DNA of 64,000 nt from an uncultured Actinomycetota bacterium (lineage in GTDB: Bacteria > Actinomycetota > Actinomycetes > Mycobacteriales > SCTD01): assembly GCA_963844295.1 (NCBI GenBank), contig CAWJNR010000004.1, forward strand, positions 281,306 through 345,305. Reading direction: 5' to 3'. Positions 21,664 to 31,886 of this stretch are shown piece after piece. Under the pieces are notes generated by a model. It made no database searches. It was not told where the DNA came from and saw nothing but the letters and a program-made list of their open reading frames with translations. How positions within the stretch are numbered: the stretch's first letter is position 1; each line of letters begins with the position of its first letter. The translations under genes and the position numbers were made by a program.

Positions 21664-23037
21664 TCAGCCCCCGGGCACCGTCGCCGCCACCAGCTCCTCG
21701 ACCGACGCTGCTGTGTCGACCGCCCACACGAGGTCGGCCAGCCGGTCGGCCTGGGCCGCACCCAGCACGTCGTCCACGAGGTCGTGGAACTTGGCGAGCA
21801 GCTCGTCGTCGCTGATGCGGTTGCCGGGCGTCCCGGTGGCGTCGTCGACGCGGACGTCGATCTCCCGCCCATCGCGCAGGACCGCCTTCATGACGCACGC
21901 CTCGTGCGGGACGTCTTCGGACGGCAGCACGGAGATGCGCGCCATGAGGGCCCGTACGTCCGGGCGGTGCACGTTCTCGTCGGTGAACTGGCGCTGGCGG
22001 GCATGCCCCTCGAGCAGTGCCACCGCGCAGGTGAAGATGACGCTGAACTTCGCCTCGAGCTCGGTGCGCGGGTCCTGCTTGCCGGTCAGCTCGGCGACCA
22101 GGGGGTGCACCGACAGCGTGATGCTCTCGACGTCCGCAGCCGCGACCCCGTGCTCGGCGGCCAGGATGCGCACCGTGTCGATGGGCGGGTGCGTGACGAC
22201 GCCGCAGGCGTAGGGCTTGATCCCGTTCCGGAAGATCTCCCACCGGTCACCCAGGCCGTCGACGAGGTCGTTCGGGGTCGACTGCGTGGACATGACGGAG
22301 AACATCCCCCGCCTGCCCTGCAGCGAGTCCGGTGCGGCGACGTAGCCGCCGTCGGCGAGCAGCGCCGCCATCAGCCCGGACGTGGCCGCGTGCCCGGCGT
22401 GGAACGACTTGGTCATGGCCCCGAACTGCTCACGGTGCCCGGCTGCCTGGGTGGCGGCGATGCCGACAGCGTGGGCGAAGACGGCCGGGCGCAGCCCGAG
22501 CAGGCGCCCGCTGGCGCCGGCGGCGGCCAGCGTGCCCGTCGTACCCGTCATGTGCCAACCGACGTCGTAGTGCTCCGGGTAGAGGGCGACGCTGGCCCGG
22601 GCGCCGAGCTCGTACCCGAGGGCGTGGCTGGCGAGCAGGTCCGCCCCGGACAGGCCGCGCCACTCGGCGAGCGCCAGACCGGCGGCGTACAAGGGCGTGG
22701 TCGGGTGCAGGATCGTCGGGATGTGGGTGTCGTCGAAGTCGAAGACGTGCGCCGAGATGCCGTTCACCAGGGCCGCGTCCGTGGCGCGCAGGCGGGTCGA
22801 CGTCCCGTAGACGGTGACCTGCGGGTCGCCGCCGAGCAGCTGGAGCTGGCGGCTGACGATGGACGGGGCCGCCTCGTGCGCCGCCCCGACGGCCACGCCG
22901 AGGAAGTCGAGCAAGCAGCGCTTGCTCTCGTGGAGGACCGCCTCGGGCACGTCGGCCGTGGGCAGGTCGCACAGGAAGTCGATGATCTGCGCGGTCTCGG
23001 CAGACACGCGCTCGTCGATGGGCTGCTCGGTCGTCAT
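21664..23037 (-). CDS. MmgE/PrpD family protein (paralogue 3)
   Basis: ATG at 23037 (MTTEQPIDERV). FDFDDTHIPTILHPTTPLYAAGLALAE, GWHMTGTTG, FHAGHAATSG and KPYACGVVTHP motifs. 457 aa. Confidence 0.9.
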   Translation of the reverse strand: MTTEQPIDERVSAETAQIIDFLCDLPTADVPEAVLHESKRCLLDFLGVAVGAAHEAAPSIVSRQLQLLGGDPQVTVYGTSTRLRATDAALVNGISAHVFDFDDTHIPTILHPTTPLYAAGLALAEWRGLSGADLLASHALGYELGARASVALYPEHYDVGWHMTGTTGTLAAAGASGRLLGLRPAVFAHAVGIAATQAAGHREQFGAMTKSFHAGHAATSGLMAALLADGGYVAAPDSLQGRRGMFSVMSTQSTPNDLVDGLGDRWEIFRNGIKPYACGVVTHPPIDTVRILAAEHGVAAADVESITLSVHPLVAELTGKQDPRTELEAKFSVIFTCAVALLEGHARQRQFTDENVHRPDVRALMARISVLPSEDVPHEACVMKAVLRDGREIDVRVDDATGTPGNRISDDELLAKFHDLVDDVLGAAQADRLADLVWAVDTAASVEELVAATVPGG

Positions 23038-23855
23038 GCGGGCTCCTCGTGGGGTGGCTCGGTGGGTCCGTGGTCCGGGGTGGGCGGGAGGCCCAGGCGG
23101 GCCGAGAGCGTGCTGGCCGCTGCCAGCGCCACGGGCGCGATCGCCAGGAGCTCGGCCCGACCGGCACGGACGGCAGGCGCGCTGACCGACAGCGCGGCGG
23201 TCACGGCGCCGGTGTGGTCGCGCACGGGGACCGCCAGGGCGACCACCCCCGGCACGCGCTCCTCCAGGGACAGCGCGAGGCCGTCGGCGCGGATGGTGGC
23301 GAGCCCTGCACGCAGCCGCTCGGGGGGCAGCACGGACCCGTCGGCGGCGTGCAGCGGCTGTCGGAGCGCGGCGTCCAGCACGCTGGGCGACGCGTGCGCC
23401 AGCAGGACCTTCCCGGGAGCGCCCTGGTGCGCCGGACGCGGGGTGCCCAGGTCCGTGTAGGTGCGGCGCAGTGCCTGCGTGCTCTCGACCTGCGACAGCG
23501 TGCGGCGGGCAGGCGTGGCGTCCAGGACGTGCAGCCCGACCGTCTCGCCCGTCTGGTCCCGCAGCCAGGTCATGATCGGCAGGGCCTGGCTCTGCGGCGA
23601 GATGTGCGCACGCGCCGTCTCGGCCAGCCCGAGCACGCGGGGGCCCAGCGCGTACGCCGAGCCGCCCTGCTCCTGCTGCACCAGGCCGTGGCGGCCGAGG
23701 GCGGCCAGCAGCCGGTGCACCGTGCTCGGGCTGAGTCCGGTGCTGCGGGCGATCTCGCTCAGGCCCAGGTGCGGGCGGGCCGACGTGAAGGCCGCCAGCA
23801 CGGCGACGGCGCGGTCGATCGACTGGACCCCACCGCCGTCCCCGCCAGTCCGCAT
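23034..23855 (-). CDS. IclR family transcriptional regulator
   Basis: VQSIDRAVAVLAAF...LGLSEIARSTGLSPSTVHRLLAAL HTH, then an IclR effector domain (LSLEERVPGVVALAVPV). Its stop overlaps the start of PrpD paralogue 3 by 4 nt. Confidence 0.85.
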   Translation of the reverse strand: MRTGGDGGGVQSIDRAVAVLAAFTSARPHLGLSEIARSTGLSPSTVHRLLAALGRHGLVQQEQGGSAYALGPRVLGLAETARAHISPQSQALPIMTWLRDQTGETVGLHVLDATPARRTLSQVESTQALRRTYTDLGTPRPAHQGAPGKVLLAHASPSVLDAALRQPLHAADGSVLPPERLRAGLATIRADGLALSLEERVPGVVALAVPVRDHTGAVTAALSVSAPAVRAGRAELLAIAPVALAAASTLSARLGLPPTPDHGPTEPPHEEPA

Positions 23856-23902
23856 CGTGGAAGGCCCTTCCGTCACGTGGATCCACGCTAGCATCGCTGG
23901 CC

Positions 23903-24406
23903 GTGAGCAGCAGGGGTGACCGACCGAGCCCTCGGATGACCACGCTGGCCGTCGGTACGGCGGGAGGACTGCTCGGTGAGGCGTCCCCCCTGCCGGCCGG
24001 CGCCCTGCTCGGCTCGCTCGCTGCGGTGTCGCTGTACAACGTCTGGAGCGACGGCGGCGCCGCCGTGCCGGGGTGGCTGCGGGTGCCCGGGCGGGTCCTC
24101 GTCGGCGCGGCCATCGGCTCGCTCGCCACGCCGGCGCTCCTGACCAGCCTGGGCGCCAGCGCCGGCTGGGCCGCGGTGGCGGCGGTCGCGATCGTCTCGG
24201 TCGGTCTGCTGCTCGGTCTGCTGCTCTCCGCCCTCACCGGCCTGGACCGGCGCACGGCCCTCCTGGGCAGCTGTCCCGGGGGGATCTCGGAGATGGTGGC
24301 GCTGGCAGAGGAGTCCGGCGCCGACGTCGAGGTCGTGCTGGGCGTCCAGCTCGTGCGCAAGCTCGCCGTCATCCTGGGCGTGTGCGCCGTGGTGACCCTG
24401 CTGTGA
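23903..24406 (+). CDS. AbrB-family (AbrB/ammonia-monooxygenase-like) membrane protein, first half-repeat
   Basis: Multi-TM ORF with the characteristic LLGSCPGGISEMVALAEESGADVEVV motif. Confidence 0.7.
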   Translation: MSSRGDRPSPRMTTLAVGTAGGLLGEASPLPAGALLGSLAAVSLYNVWSDGGAAVPGWLRVPGRVLVGAAIGSLATPALLTSLGASAGWAAVAAVAIVSVGLLLGLLLSALTGLDRRTALLGSCPGGISEMVALAEESGADVEVVLGVQLVRKLAVILGVCAVVTLL

Positions 24407-24934
24407 GCGGCGCCGTGGCCGTCGCCCTGCTGCTCACCCTGTCGGTCAGTGCCGCCGCGGGCCTGCTCGCTGTCCGCCTCCGGCTGCCGGGCGGGGCCAT
24501 CGTGTGGGCGCTCGCCGCCGCCGCGGCCCTGCACCTGGCGGTCGACGACCTGGCGCCTCTCCCCGCCGCGCTGCGCACGGCGGCGCAGGTGCTCATCGGC
24601 ACGACCATCGGCGTCGGCGTGACCCGCGGCCCGTTGCGCGCCCTGCGTGCGGTCCGCTGGCAGGTGGCCCTGACCATGAGCCTCCTGCTCGTCGCGTGCG
24701 TCACCGCGGGCGCCCTGCTCGCTCGCCGCACCCCCTTGGACCTGCCCACGGCGCTGCTGGCCACCGGCCCGGGCGGGGCCGGCGACATGGCCGTCGTCGC
24801 CGTTCCGTTCGGCGTGGACCCTGCGCTCGTGGCCGGCTTGCAGGTCGCTGCGCCAGCTGCTCGTCTTCGTCCTCGTGCCGGTCCTGTTCGGCTTCATCGC
24901 CCCGGCGCGCCCCGGCGGGGAGGACGGGTCCTGA
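24403..24934 (+). pseudogene. AbrB-family membrane protein, second half-repeat, apparent C-terminal frameshift
   Basis: GTG overlaps the previous stop (GTGA). Matching motif LLATGPGGAGDMAVVAVPFGVDPALV. The final TM helix LRQLLVFVLVPVLFGFIAP is in the +1 frame from about 24847, with stop at 24932-24934. Confidence 0.6.
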
Positions 24935-25006
24935 ACTTCACCTAGACGCTCGCGTACGCGTTGCATACAGTGCGCATGCACTGTTGCCGCGAGCCTGGAG
25001 GACCCG

Positions 25007-26489
25007 ATGACGACCACCCCGGACGGCGAGCACGCCGATGTGATCGTGGTGGGCGGCGGCAACGCCGCCTTCAGCGCGGCGCACGCGGCGGCGGCACGTG
25101 GGCGGCGGGTAGTGCTGCTGGAGAAGGCGCAGCCCGACGAGGCCGGCGGCAACAGCTTCTACACGGCGGGGGCCTTCCGGATCGCCCACGACGGGCTGGC
25201 AGACGTGGCGGACCTGCTCGACGAGGACGAGCGTCACGCGAGTCTCGGTCCTGCCGCCGTACGCAGCGGCGAGCTTCGCCGAGGACATGGCCAAGGTCAC
25301 CGAGGACCGCAACGACAAGGTGCTCACCTCGGTCGTGGTCGGCGACAGCCAGGACACCCTGCGCTGGCTGCACGGCCTCGGACTGCGCTTCCGCCTCATG
25401 TACGAGCGCCAGGCCTACCTCGACGACGCCGGCAAGCAGGTCTTCTGGGGCGGGCTGGCCGTGGGCAGCGTGGGCGGTGGCAAGGGCCTGATCCAGCAGC
25501 ACACGGCGGCCGCGCTCGCTGCGGGTGTCGAGCTGCGCTACGGCTGCGCGGCCCAGGAGCTGCTCGTCGAGGACGGTGCCGTGCGCGGCGTGACCTGGAC
25601 GTCGTCCGACGGCAGTTCGGGCACGCTCCGCGCCGACTCGGTCGTCCTGGCCGCCGGTGGCTTCGAGGCCAACGCGCAGATGCGTCGCGAGCACCTCGGT
25701 CCTGGCTGGGAGCTGGCCAAGGTGCGGGGCACGCCGCTCAACACCGGCGACATGCTGCGGGCGGCGATGGCGGCCGGCGCCGCCCCGTACGGTGACTGGG
25801 GCTCCTGCCACAGCGTGGCCTGGGACGCCATGGCCGAGCACAACGAGAGCAACCGCGAGCTGACCAACCAGCTCACCCGCGGCGGGTACCCGCTGGGCTA
25901 CGTCGTGAACAGGTCGGGTGAGCGCTTCCTCGACGAGGGCGCCGACTACCGCAACCTCACCTACGCCAAGTACGGCGCCGAGATCCTCAAGCAGCCCGGC
26001 GGCGTGGCGTGGCAGCTGTTCGACGCCACGACCCGTCCGATGCTCCGCGCCGAGGAGTACGACATGCCCGGCGTCGGCGTGCTCGTCGCGGACACGGTCG
26101 AGGACCTGGCGCTGAAGATGGGCGTCGACGTCGCTGGCCTGGTGCGCACGGTGGACGAGCTGAACGCCAGCATCGACCGCTCCGTGCCCTTCGACGCAGC
26201 CGTGAAGGACGGACGGGCGGCCCGCGTGCAGCCCCCCAAGAGCAACTGGGCGCTCCCGCTGGAGGCGGCACCGTTCTACGCCTTCCCCGTGACGTGCGGC
26301 GTGACGTTCACGTTCGGCGGCCTGCACGCCGACGAGCACGGTCGGGTGCTCCGCGAGGACGGTTCGGCCCTTCCCGGGCTGTTCGTGTGCGGGGAGATGC
26401 TCGGCGGCCTGTTCAGCGGCAACTACGCCGGCGGCAGCGGGCTCACGGCCGGTGCGGTGTTCGGCCGGCGGGCCGGCTCCCTGGCCTAG
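25007..26489 (+). pseudogene. tcuA: FAD-dependent tricarballylate dehydrogenase TcuA-like flavoprotein, one apparent frameshift
   Basis: DVIVVGGGNAAFSAAHAAAARG dinucleotide fold, GGNSFYTAGAFR, VVLAAGGFEAN and FTFGGL...GLFVCGEM..G. The frame switches from 2 to 3 at about 25235-25250 (..DEDERHASLG / LPPYAAASFAEDMAKV..). Confidence 0.75.
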
Positions 26490-26516
26490 TCGGACGGGTC
26501 GGGAGCCGGGCCGGCC

Positions 26517-27872
26517 TCAGCCGGGGCGGCCGGCACGGACCACCTGCGCGAAGTCGGGCACGTCGTCCACCGTCCAGCAGGTCTGGAGCAGCTGCTCCGC
26601 CTGCGCGGCCCCGAGCACCGGACCAGCCAGGTCGAGGAACTTCTCGCCGATCTCGGCGTCGGTCAGCGGGTTGCCGGGGGTCCCCTTGTTGTGGGCCACG
26701 CTGTGCACGAGCCGACGGCCATCGGCCAGGGTGATCTGGACGCGGGTCGCGTCCTTGTCCATCGAGGGGTCGGTGGTGATGCGCACCAGGTCGCGCACGG
26801 CGGCGACCTCCGGCGCAGCCACGCGGCTGTCGGTGAACTGCTCCAGACCGGCCCGCCCGTCGACCAGTGCGACAGCCGCGCCGTGGAAGATGCTGAACTT
26901 GCCGTCCAGCCCGGACCGCAGGTCCCGCTTGGCCGTCACCCACGAGACGTAGTCGTGGACCCGGGCGTCGATCTCCACGACGTCCGCGACCTCGAAGCCC
27001 TCTGAGTCCCGCAGCGCGAGCACCGCCTCGATGGTGGGGTGGATGAGCGAGCCGCAGGCGTAGAACTTGAAGCCGTTGTCGGGCAGGGTCCAGCGGCTGC
27101 CCAGCTCGTCTGTCACCTCCTCGAGGCGGGGGGCGTCCGACATGACGGCCAGCAGCCCGCGCTTGCCCTCCACGATCGTCGTGGTGGAGGTGAAGCCGCG
27201 TCGCGCGAGGAGCGCGGACAGCATGCCGTCGGTCGCGGCCTTGCCCGGGTGCAAGGGCTTGCCCATGGACCCGTAGACCTCCTTGAGGCCGGCCGCCTGC
27301 GTCCCGGCCGTGCCCAGCGCGACCGACGTCGCCTCCGGGGACAGACGGAGCAGACTGGCTGCTGCGGCCGCCGCACCGAGGTGCCCCACGGTGCCGGTGA
27401 CGTGCCACCCCCGGCCGTAGTGGCTCGGCCCGGCGGCTCGGGCGACCCGGACCTCGGTCTCGAAGCCGACGACGAAGGCGGCGAGGGCGTCCGCTCCGGT
27501 CGTCGTGCCGAGCTCGCTCAGCGCCGCGACGACGGGCCAGACCGGTGCGCTGCCGTGCACGGTCGTCTCGCCCGGGTTGTAGGTGTCGTCGTAGTCCTCG
27601 ACGTGCGCCGAGTAGCCGTTGACGAGGGCCGCGAACAACGGGGTCACGGTCTCGTGCCGGCCGAGCACCGTCGCGGTGCCGGTGCCACCGGCCTCGCCCG
27701 CGACCTCGAGCAGGGCGTCCACGCCGGGGTCGCCCGAGCCGTTGATGGCGACTCCGAGCCAGTCGATGAGGCAGCGCCGCGCCTGCGCGACCACATGGGG
27801 CGGTACCTCGCTGAGGATGAGGCGGCTGGCGAAGTCGGCGAGCGCGGCGGTCGCGCCGGCGGGAGTGGACAT
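26517..27872 (-). CDS. MmgE/PrpD family protein (paralogue 4)
   Basis: ATG at 27872 (MSTPAGATAALADF). HVEDYDDTYNPGETTVHGSAPVWPVVAALSE, GWHVTGTVG, PLHPGKAATDG and KFYACGSLIHP. 451 aa. Confidence 0.9.
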   Translation of the reverse strand: MSTPAGATAALADFASRLILSEVPPHVVAQARRCLIDWLGVAINGSGDPGVDALLEVAGEAGGTGTATVLGRHETVTPLFAALVNGYSAHVEDYDDTYNPGETTVHGSAPVWPVVAALSELGTTTGADALAAFVVGFETEVRVARAAGPSHYGRGWHVTGTVGHLGAAAAAASLLRLSPEATSVALGTAGTQAAGLKEVYGSMGKPLHPGKAATDGMLSALLARRGFTSTTTIVEGKRGLLAVMSDAPRLEEVTDELGSRWTLPDNGFKFYACGSLIHPTIEAVLALRDSEGFEVADVVEIDARVHDYVSWVTAKRDLRSGLDGKFSIFHGAAVALVDGRAGLEQFTDSRVAAPEVAAVRDLVRITTDPSMDKDATRVQITLADGRRLVHSVAHNKGTPGNPLTDAEIGEKFLDLAGPVLGAAQAEQLLQTCWTVDDVPDFAQVVRAGRPG

Positions 27873-28047
27873 GCGGGCTCCTCGGAAGCGTTGAGGTGGG
27901 GGAGGGCTCCGGTCGTCGGGCCGATGACCGGGTGGAGGGCGAGGGCGGGGCCAGGCGGCAGAGGCCGTCCGCAAGAGGGGGAGATGCGATCGGGCGACGG
28001 ACACGAGGTCCGCCGCCCGATCACTCCCGCTACGTGCCGGGGAGCGT

Positions 28048-28785
28048 CTAGGACATCAGCTCTCCGCCGTTGGCGCCGATGCTCTGGCCGGTGACGTAGC
28101 CGCCGGCGTCCGAGGAGAGGAAGCCCACGACGCTGGCCACGTCCTCCGGTCGCCCGAAGCGGCCGAGGGCGCCGATCCCCTTCCGCTCCTCCTGCCGACT
28201 GCGGGTCGGCCTCGTCAAGCGCTCGGTCAGCACCGTCCCGGGGCAGACGATGTTGACGGTGATCCCGTCGCGCCCGAACTCGTTCGCGAGGGAGCGGGTC
28301 AGGCCGACCAGGGCGTGCTTGGCCGAGGCCGAGGTGGCCCTCTCGGCCACCCCCAGCGTGGCGCGCACGCCCGTCATGCAGATGATCCGACCCCAGCCGC
28401 GCTCGCGCATCCCGGGGATCAACGCGCGGCAGAGCAGGTAGGGAGCCTCCACCGTGATGGCGTGCACCGACCGCCACTCCTCGAGGTCGACCTCGAGGAA
28501 CGGTCGGTGCGGACGGCTGGCCGCGTTGTTGACCAGCACGTCCACCCGGCCCACCTCGGCCGCCAGCCGGCGGACCTCATCGGCGTCGGTGAGGTCCGCG
28601 AGCAGCACGCGGGCGTCGGTCCCCAGGGCTCGGACCTGCTGCGCGACGTCCTCGGCCGCCTCCGCGTCGCGCCGGGTGTGGACGACGACGTCCATGCCGA
28701 GGCGGGCGAGCTCGAGAGCCGTGGCGCGGCCGATGTTGCGGGCCGCCCCCGTGACGAGGGCGACCCGACGGTCCGCGGCGGTCAC
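28048..28785 (-). CDS. SDR family oxidoreductase (FabG-like fold, atypical active site)
   Basis: Rossmann motif TGAARNIG and NNAA. The position normally occupied by Y-x-x-x-K reads S-A-S-A-K (ERATSASAKHALVGLTRSLA). Its start overlaps the tctC stop by 4 nt. Confidence 0.8.
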   Translation of the reverse strand: MTAADRRVALVTGAARNIGRATALELARLGMDVVVHTRRDAEAAEDVAQQVRALGTDARVLLADLTDADEVRRLAAEVGRVDVLVNNAASRPHRPFLEVDLEEWRSVHAITVEAPYLLCRALIPGMRERGWGRIICMTGVRATLGVAERATSASAKHALVGLTRSLANEFGRDGITVNIVCPGTVLTERLTRPTRSRQEERKGIGALGRFGRPEDVASVVGFLSSDAGGYVTGQSIGANGGELMS

Positions 28786-29822
28786 TCGTTCACGAGCTGG
28801 CCGGTCTCCCGGAAGAGGGTGATGTGCTCCTCCTCCTGCTCGGCCAGGTGGGCGCCGTACTCGTCACCGACCAGGAAGTTGGGGACAGCGGCGGACCGCT
28901 CGATGAACTCCTTGTAGGACTCCGTCTCGGTCAGCTGGCGCAGCAGGTCGGCGTAGTACTCGATGGCCTCGTCGGACATGCCGGGAGGCCCGACCACGCC
29001 GCGGGTCTGCGCCGGCGGGATGTCCTCGAAGCCGAGCTCCACCGTGGTGGGGGTGTCCGGGAACAGGTCGACCCGATCGTCACCGATGATGGCGACGGGG
29101 ATCATCTCGCCGGCCTCGACGTTCTCCAGCATGTCGCTGGGCTCGGTCATGTACAGCGCCGCGTCCCCGCGGAGCAGGGCGGTCTTGCGCTCGCCGCCGC
29201 CCGGGAACGACAGGAACTGCCAGTCGGCGCCCGACTCGCGCTGGAGGAACTCGCCCGACAGCGCGTCGGTCGCGGTGTTCGACCCGCCGGACTGGACGAG
29301 CGCGCCCGGCTGCTCCTTGGCCGCCTCGATGAAGTCCTCGAGGGTCTTGTACGGGCCGTCGGCGGCGACGGCCACGGCCATGGAGTCGTCGTAGAGCGAC
29401 GCGATGGGGGTGAACGTGTCGAGGCCGACGTCGACGCCCTCGGTCACGAGGCGGTTGACGGTGTAGACGTTGCTGGCGAAGGCGATCATGTCGTTGCGCC
29501 CCTCCTGCTCCTGCAGGTAGGACAGGGCCACCGCGCTGCCGCCGCCGTCGCGGTTGTCGACGGTCCAAGCGCCGGGCTCGATGATCTCCTCCTCCTCCAT
29601 GAGGGCGATGATCTCGCGGGCCAGGAGGTCGGCGCCGCCGCCCGGCGCCGTGTGGACGACGACGTCGGTCTGGTCCGGCGGGCTGAAGCTGCTGCCGCTG
29701 TCGCCGTCGGCCGTGTCCTCGCTGCCGTCGTCACTGCCGCCGCACGCGGCGACCGTGGTCATCAGGGCGAGCGCCGTGCCGACGATGGCGGTGCGGTGTC
29801 GAAGGGCGTGTGATCTGCGCAT
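28782..29822 (-). CDS. tctC: tripartite tricarboxylate transporter substrate-binding protein (Bug/TctC family), lipoprotein
   Basis: Signal peptide with lipobox VAACGG. Bug-family fold cues (PGGGADLLAREI, VQSGGSNTATDALSGEFL, VGPPGMSDEAIEYY). Confidence 0.85.
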   Translation of the reverse strand: MRRSHALRHRTAIVGTALALMTTVAACGGSDDGSEDTADGDSGSSFSPPDQTDVVVHTAPGGGADLLAREIIALMEEEEIIEPGAWTVDNRDGGGSAVALSYLQEQEGRNDMIAFASNVYTVNRLVTEGVDVGLDTFTPIASLYDDSMAVAVAADGPYKTLEDFIEAAKEQPGALVQSGGSNTATDALSGEFLQRESGADWQFLSFPGGGERKTALLRGDAALYMTEPSDMLENVEAGEMIPVAIIGDDRVDLFPDTPTTVELGFEDIPPAQTRGVVGPPGMSDEAIEYYADLLRQLTETESYKEFIERSAAVPNFLVGDEYGAHLAEQEEEHITLFRETGQLVNE

Positions 29823-29870
29823 GTCAGTCTCCTTGTCGCGCGTGCATGTGCCGTGCAGGTGTGCGAGCGG

Positions 29871-31385
29871 TCAGTCCTCCTCCTCGAGCACCTTCTTCCT
29901 GAACGTGTCCGTCTTGCCGAACAGCGTGGAGCCGAGCATCAGCACGGCCATGGCCAGGAGCACCAGCGCGATCGGCCGCTCCAGGAAGATCCCGCCGTCA
30001 CCGTTGGAGATGACGAGGGACTGCGTGAGGGCGCGCTCGGCCAGCGAGCCGAGGACGAACGCCAGGAGCAGCGGCGCGGGTGGCAGGTCGACCTTGCGCA
30101 TGATGTAGCCGACGACCGCGAAGGCCAGGAACAGCCAGAGGTCGTAGACGCTGCCGCTGAGGCTGTACACGCCCACGATGCAGACCACGAGGATGCCCGG
30201 GTACAGGTAGACGTACGGGATGCGCAGGATGCTGGCGAACAGCGGGACCAGCGGCAGGTTGAGGACGACGCACATCAGGTTCCCGATGTACATGCTGGCG
30301 ATGATCGCCCAGACCAGGTCGGGCTGTTCGGTGAAGAGCTGGGGCCCGGGGCGGAAGCCGTAGATGATGAGGGCGGCGAGCATGACGGCGGTCGCGGCCG
30401 ACCCCGGGATGCCCAGGGTCAGCAGGGGCACCATGGCACCGCCGGTCTCGCTGTTGTTGGCGCCCTCGGGGGCCGCGACGCCGTCCATGGCGCCCTTGCC
30501 GAAGTCCTCCGGGCGCTTGGAGATGCGCTTCTGGACGCCGTAGGAGATGAAGGAGGCGATCGTGGCGCCGGCGCCGGGGAGCACGCCGATGAAGAACCCG
30601 ATCACCGAGCTCTGTGCGAACGCCGTCCGGCAGTACTTGATGTCGGCCCAGGTGGGCAGCAGCTCGCGGAGCTTGCGCGGCACCGGGAACATCGTGGTGC
30701 TCGCTGTGTTCTCGACGTTGCTGAGGACCTCGGCCACGGCGAAGACGCCGATCGCGACGATGATGAAGTCGATGCCGTCCAGCAGCTCGATCTGCCCGAA
30801 GACGAAGCGCGACTGACCCGAGACGATGTCGGCGCCGACGGTCGCGAGCAGCAGGCCCAGCGCCGTCGACAGGATGCCCTTCAGCACGGAGTCACCGGCG
30901 AGCAGCAGGATCGTCGTGAGGCCGAACACCATCAGCGCGAAGAACTCGGGGGGCCCGAAGCTGACGGCGAAGTCCGCCACCACGGGGGCCAGGAACGTCA
31001 GCCCGATGACCCCGATGGTGCCCGCGACGAAGGACGAGATGGCGGCGATGCCCAGCGCCGCCCCGGCTCTGCCCTGCTTGGCCAGGGCGTAGCCGTCGAT
31101 CGTCGTCATGATCGACGCCGACTCGCCGGGGATGTTGAGCAGGATGGCGGTCGTCGACCCGCCGTACTTGGCGCCGTAGTAGAGGCCGGCCATCATGATC
31201 AGCGTGCCCTCCGGCGGCAGGCCGAAGGTGATGGGCAGGAGGATGGCCAGGGTCGCGGACGGGCCGAGGCCGGGCAGGACGCCGACGACCGTCCCCAGGG
31301 TCACGCCGATCAGCGCCAGCAGCAGGTTCATCGGCGTGAGCGCCGTCGCGAACCCGCCGGCCAGGCTGTTCAGTGAGTCGAGCAT
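29871..31385 (-). CDS. tctA: tripartite tricarboxylate transporter permease, large subunit
   Basis: 504-aa polytopic membrane ORF. GVLPGLGPSATLAILLP, YYGAKYGGSTTAILLNIPGE and GVLPGAGATIASF are typical of TctA. Confidence 0.9.
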   Translation of the reverse strand: MLDSLNSLAGGFATALTPMNLLLALIGVTLGTVVGVLPGLGPSATLAILLPITFGLPPEGTLIMMAGLYYGAKYGGSTTAILLNIPGESASIMTTIDGYALAKQGRAGAALGIAAISSFVAGTIGVIGLTFLAPVVADFAVSFGPPEFFALMVFGLTTILLLAGDSVLKGILSTALGLLLATVGADIVSGQSRFVFGQIELLDGIDFIIVAIGVFAVAEVLSNVENTASTTMFPVPRKLRELLPTWADIKYCRTAFAQSSVIGFFIGVLPGAGATIASFISYGVQKRISKRPEDFGKGAMDGVAAPEGANNSETGGAMVPLLTLGIPGSAATAVMLAALIIYGFRPGPQLFTEQPDLVWAIIASMYIGNLMCVVLNLPLVPLFASILRIPYVYLYPGILVVCIVGVYSLSGSVYDLWLFLAFAVVGYIMRKVDLPPAPLLLAFVLGSLAERALTQSLVISNGDGGIFLERPIALVLLAMAVLMLGSTLFGKTDTFRKKVLEEED

Positions 31386-31433
31386 GCAGGTGCTCCCAAC
31401 GCTTCGTCCCGCCGCCGCAGCGCCGGTGCCGAA

Positions 31434-31886
31434 CTAGAAGTAGAGGACGCCAGGAGGCAGGCGGACGCCGAGGAGCACCGCGAACAACGTCCAGAACACG
31501 ATGGGCACGAGGGCGACGACCAGGAACGCCGTCGGCGTGAACTTCCGCTCGATGCCGAACATGATCCCGGCCATCAGCAGGAGCATGGAGACGATGAAGC
31601 CCAGGGACTCCATCACCCCGATGACGACCGCCATCAGCACGAAGGCGCCGACGACGCGCAGGGTGCCGTTGCGGTCGAGAGCCTCGAAGTGGCCCTGCGA
31701 AGGGTTCACGAACTGCTTGATCGCGAGGATGGCGCCCGTGACGATGAAGATGATCGCCAGCCCGCGCGGCAGGAAGCCGGGGCCGGGGGAGTTGCGGGTG
31801 AAGACCGCGAGCTCCTGGCCGGCGAGGATGACGCCGATGCCGAGGGCGACGAAGAAGATCCCGACGCCGAGGTCGATGCGCTTCAC
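31434..31886 (-). CDS. tctB: tripartite tricarboxylate transporter small membrane subunit
   Basis: GTG at 31886. 150 aa with four TM helices (VKRIDLGVGIFFVALGIGVILAG...GPGFLPRGLAIIFIVTG). Located immediately upstream of tctA. Confidence 0.8.
   Translation of the reverse strand: MKRIDLGVGIFFVALGIGVILAGQELAVFTRNSPGPGFLPRGLAIIFIVTGAILAIKQFVNPSQGHFEALDRNGTLRVVGAFVLMAVVIGVMESLGFIVSMLLLMAGIMFGIERKFTPTAFLVVALVPIVFWTLFAVLLGVRLPPGVLYF

Noticed and set aside
21664-25152. 1162-aa ORF suggesting a giant protein.
   Set aside because: Only the C-terminal 457 aa (from the ATG at 23037) is PrpD-like. The upstream part runs antisense through the IclR and AbrB-family genes and is Arg/Pro/Ala-rich read-through.
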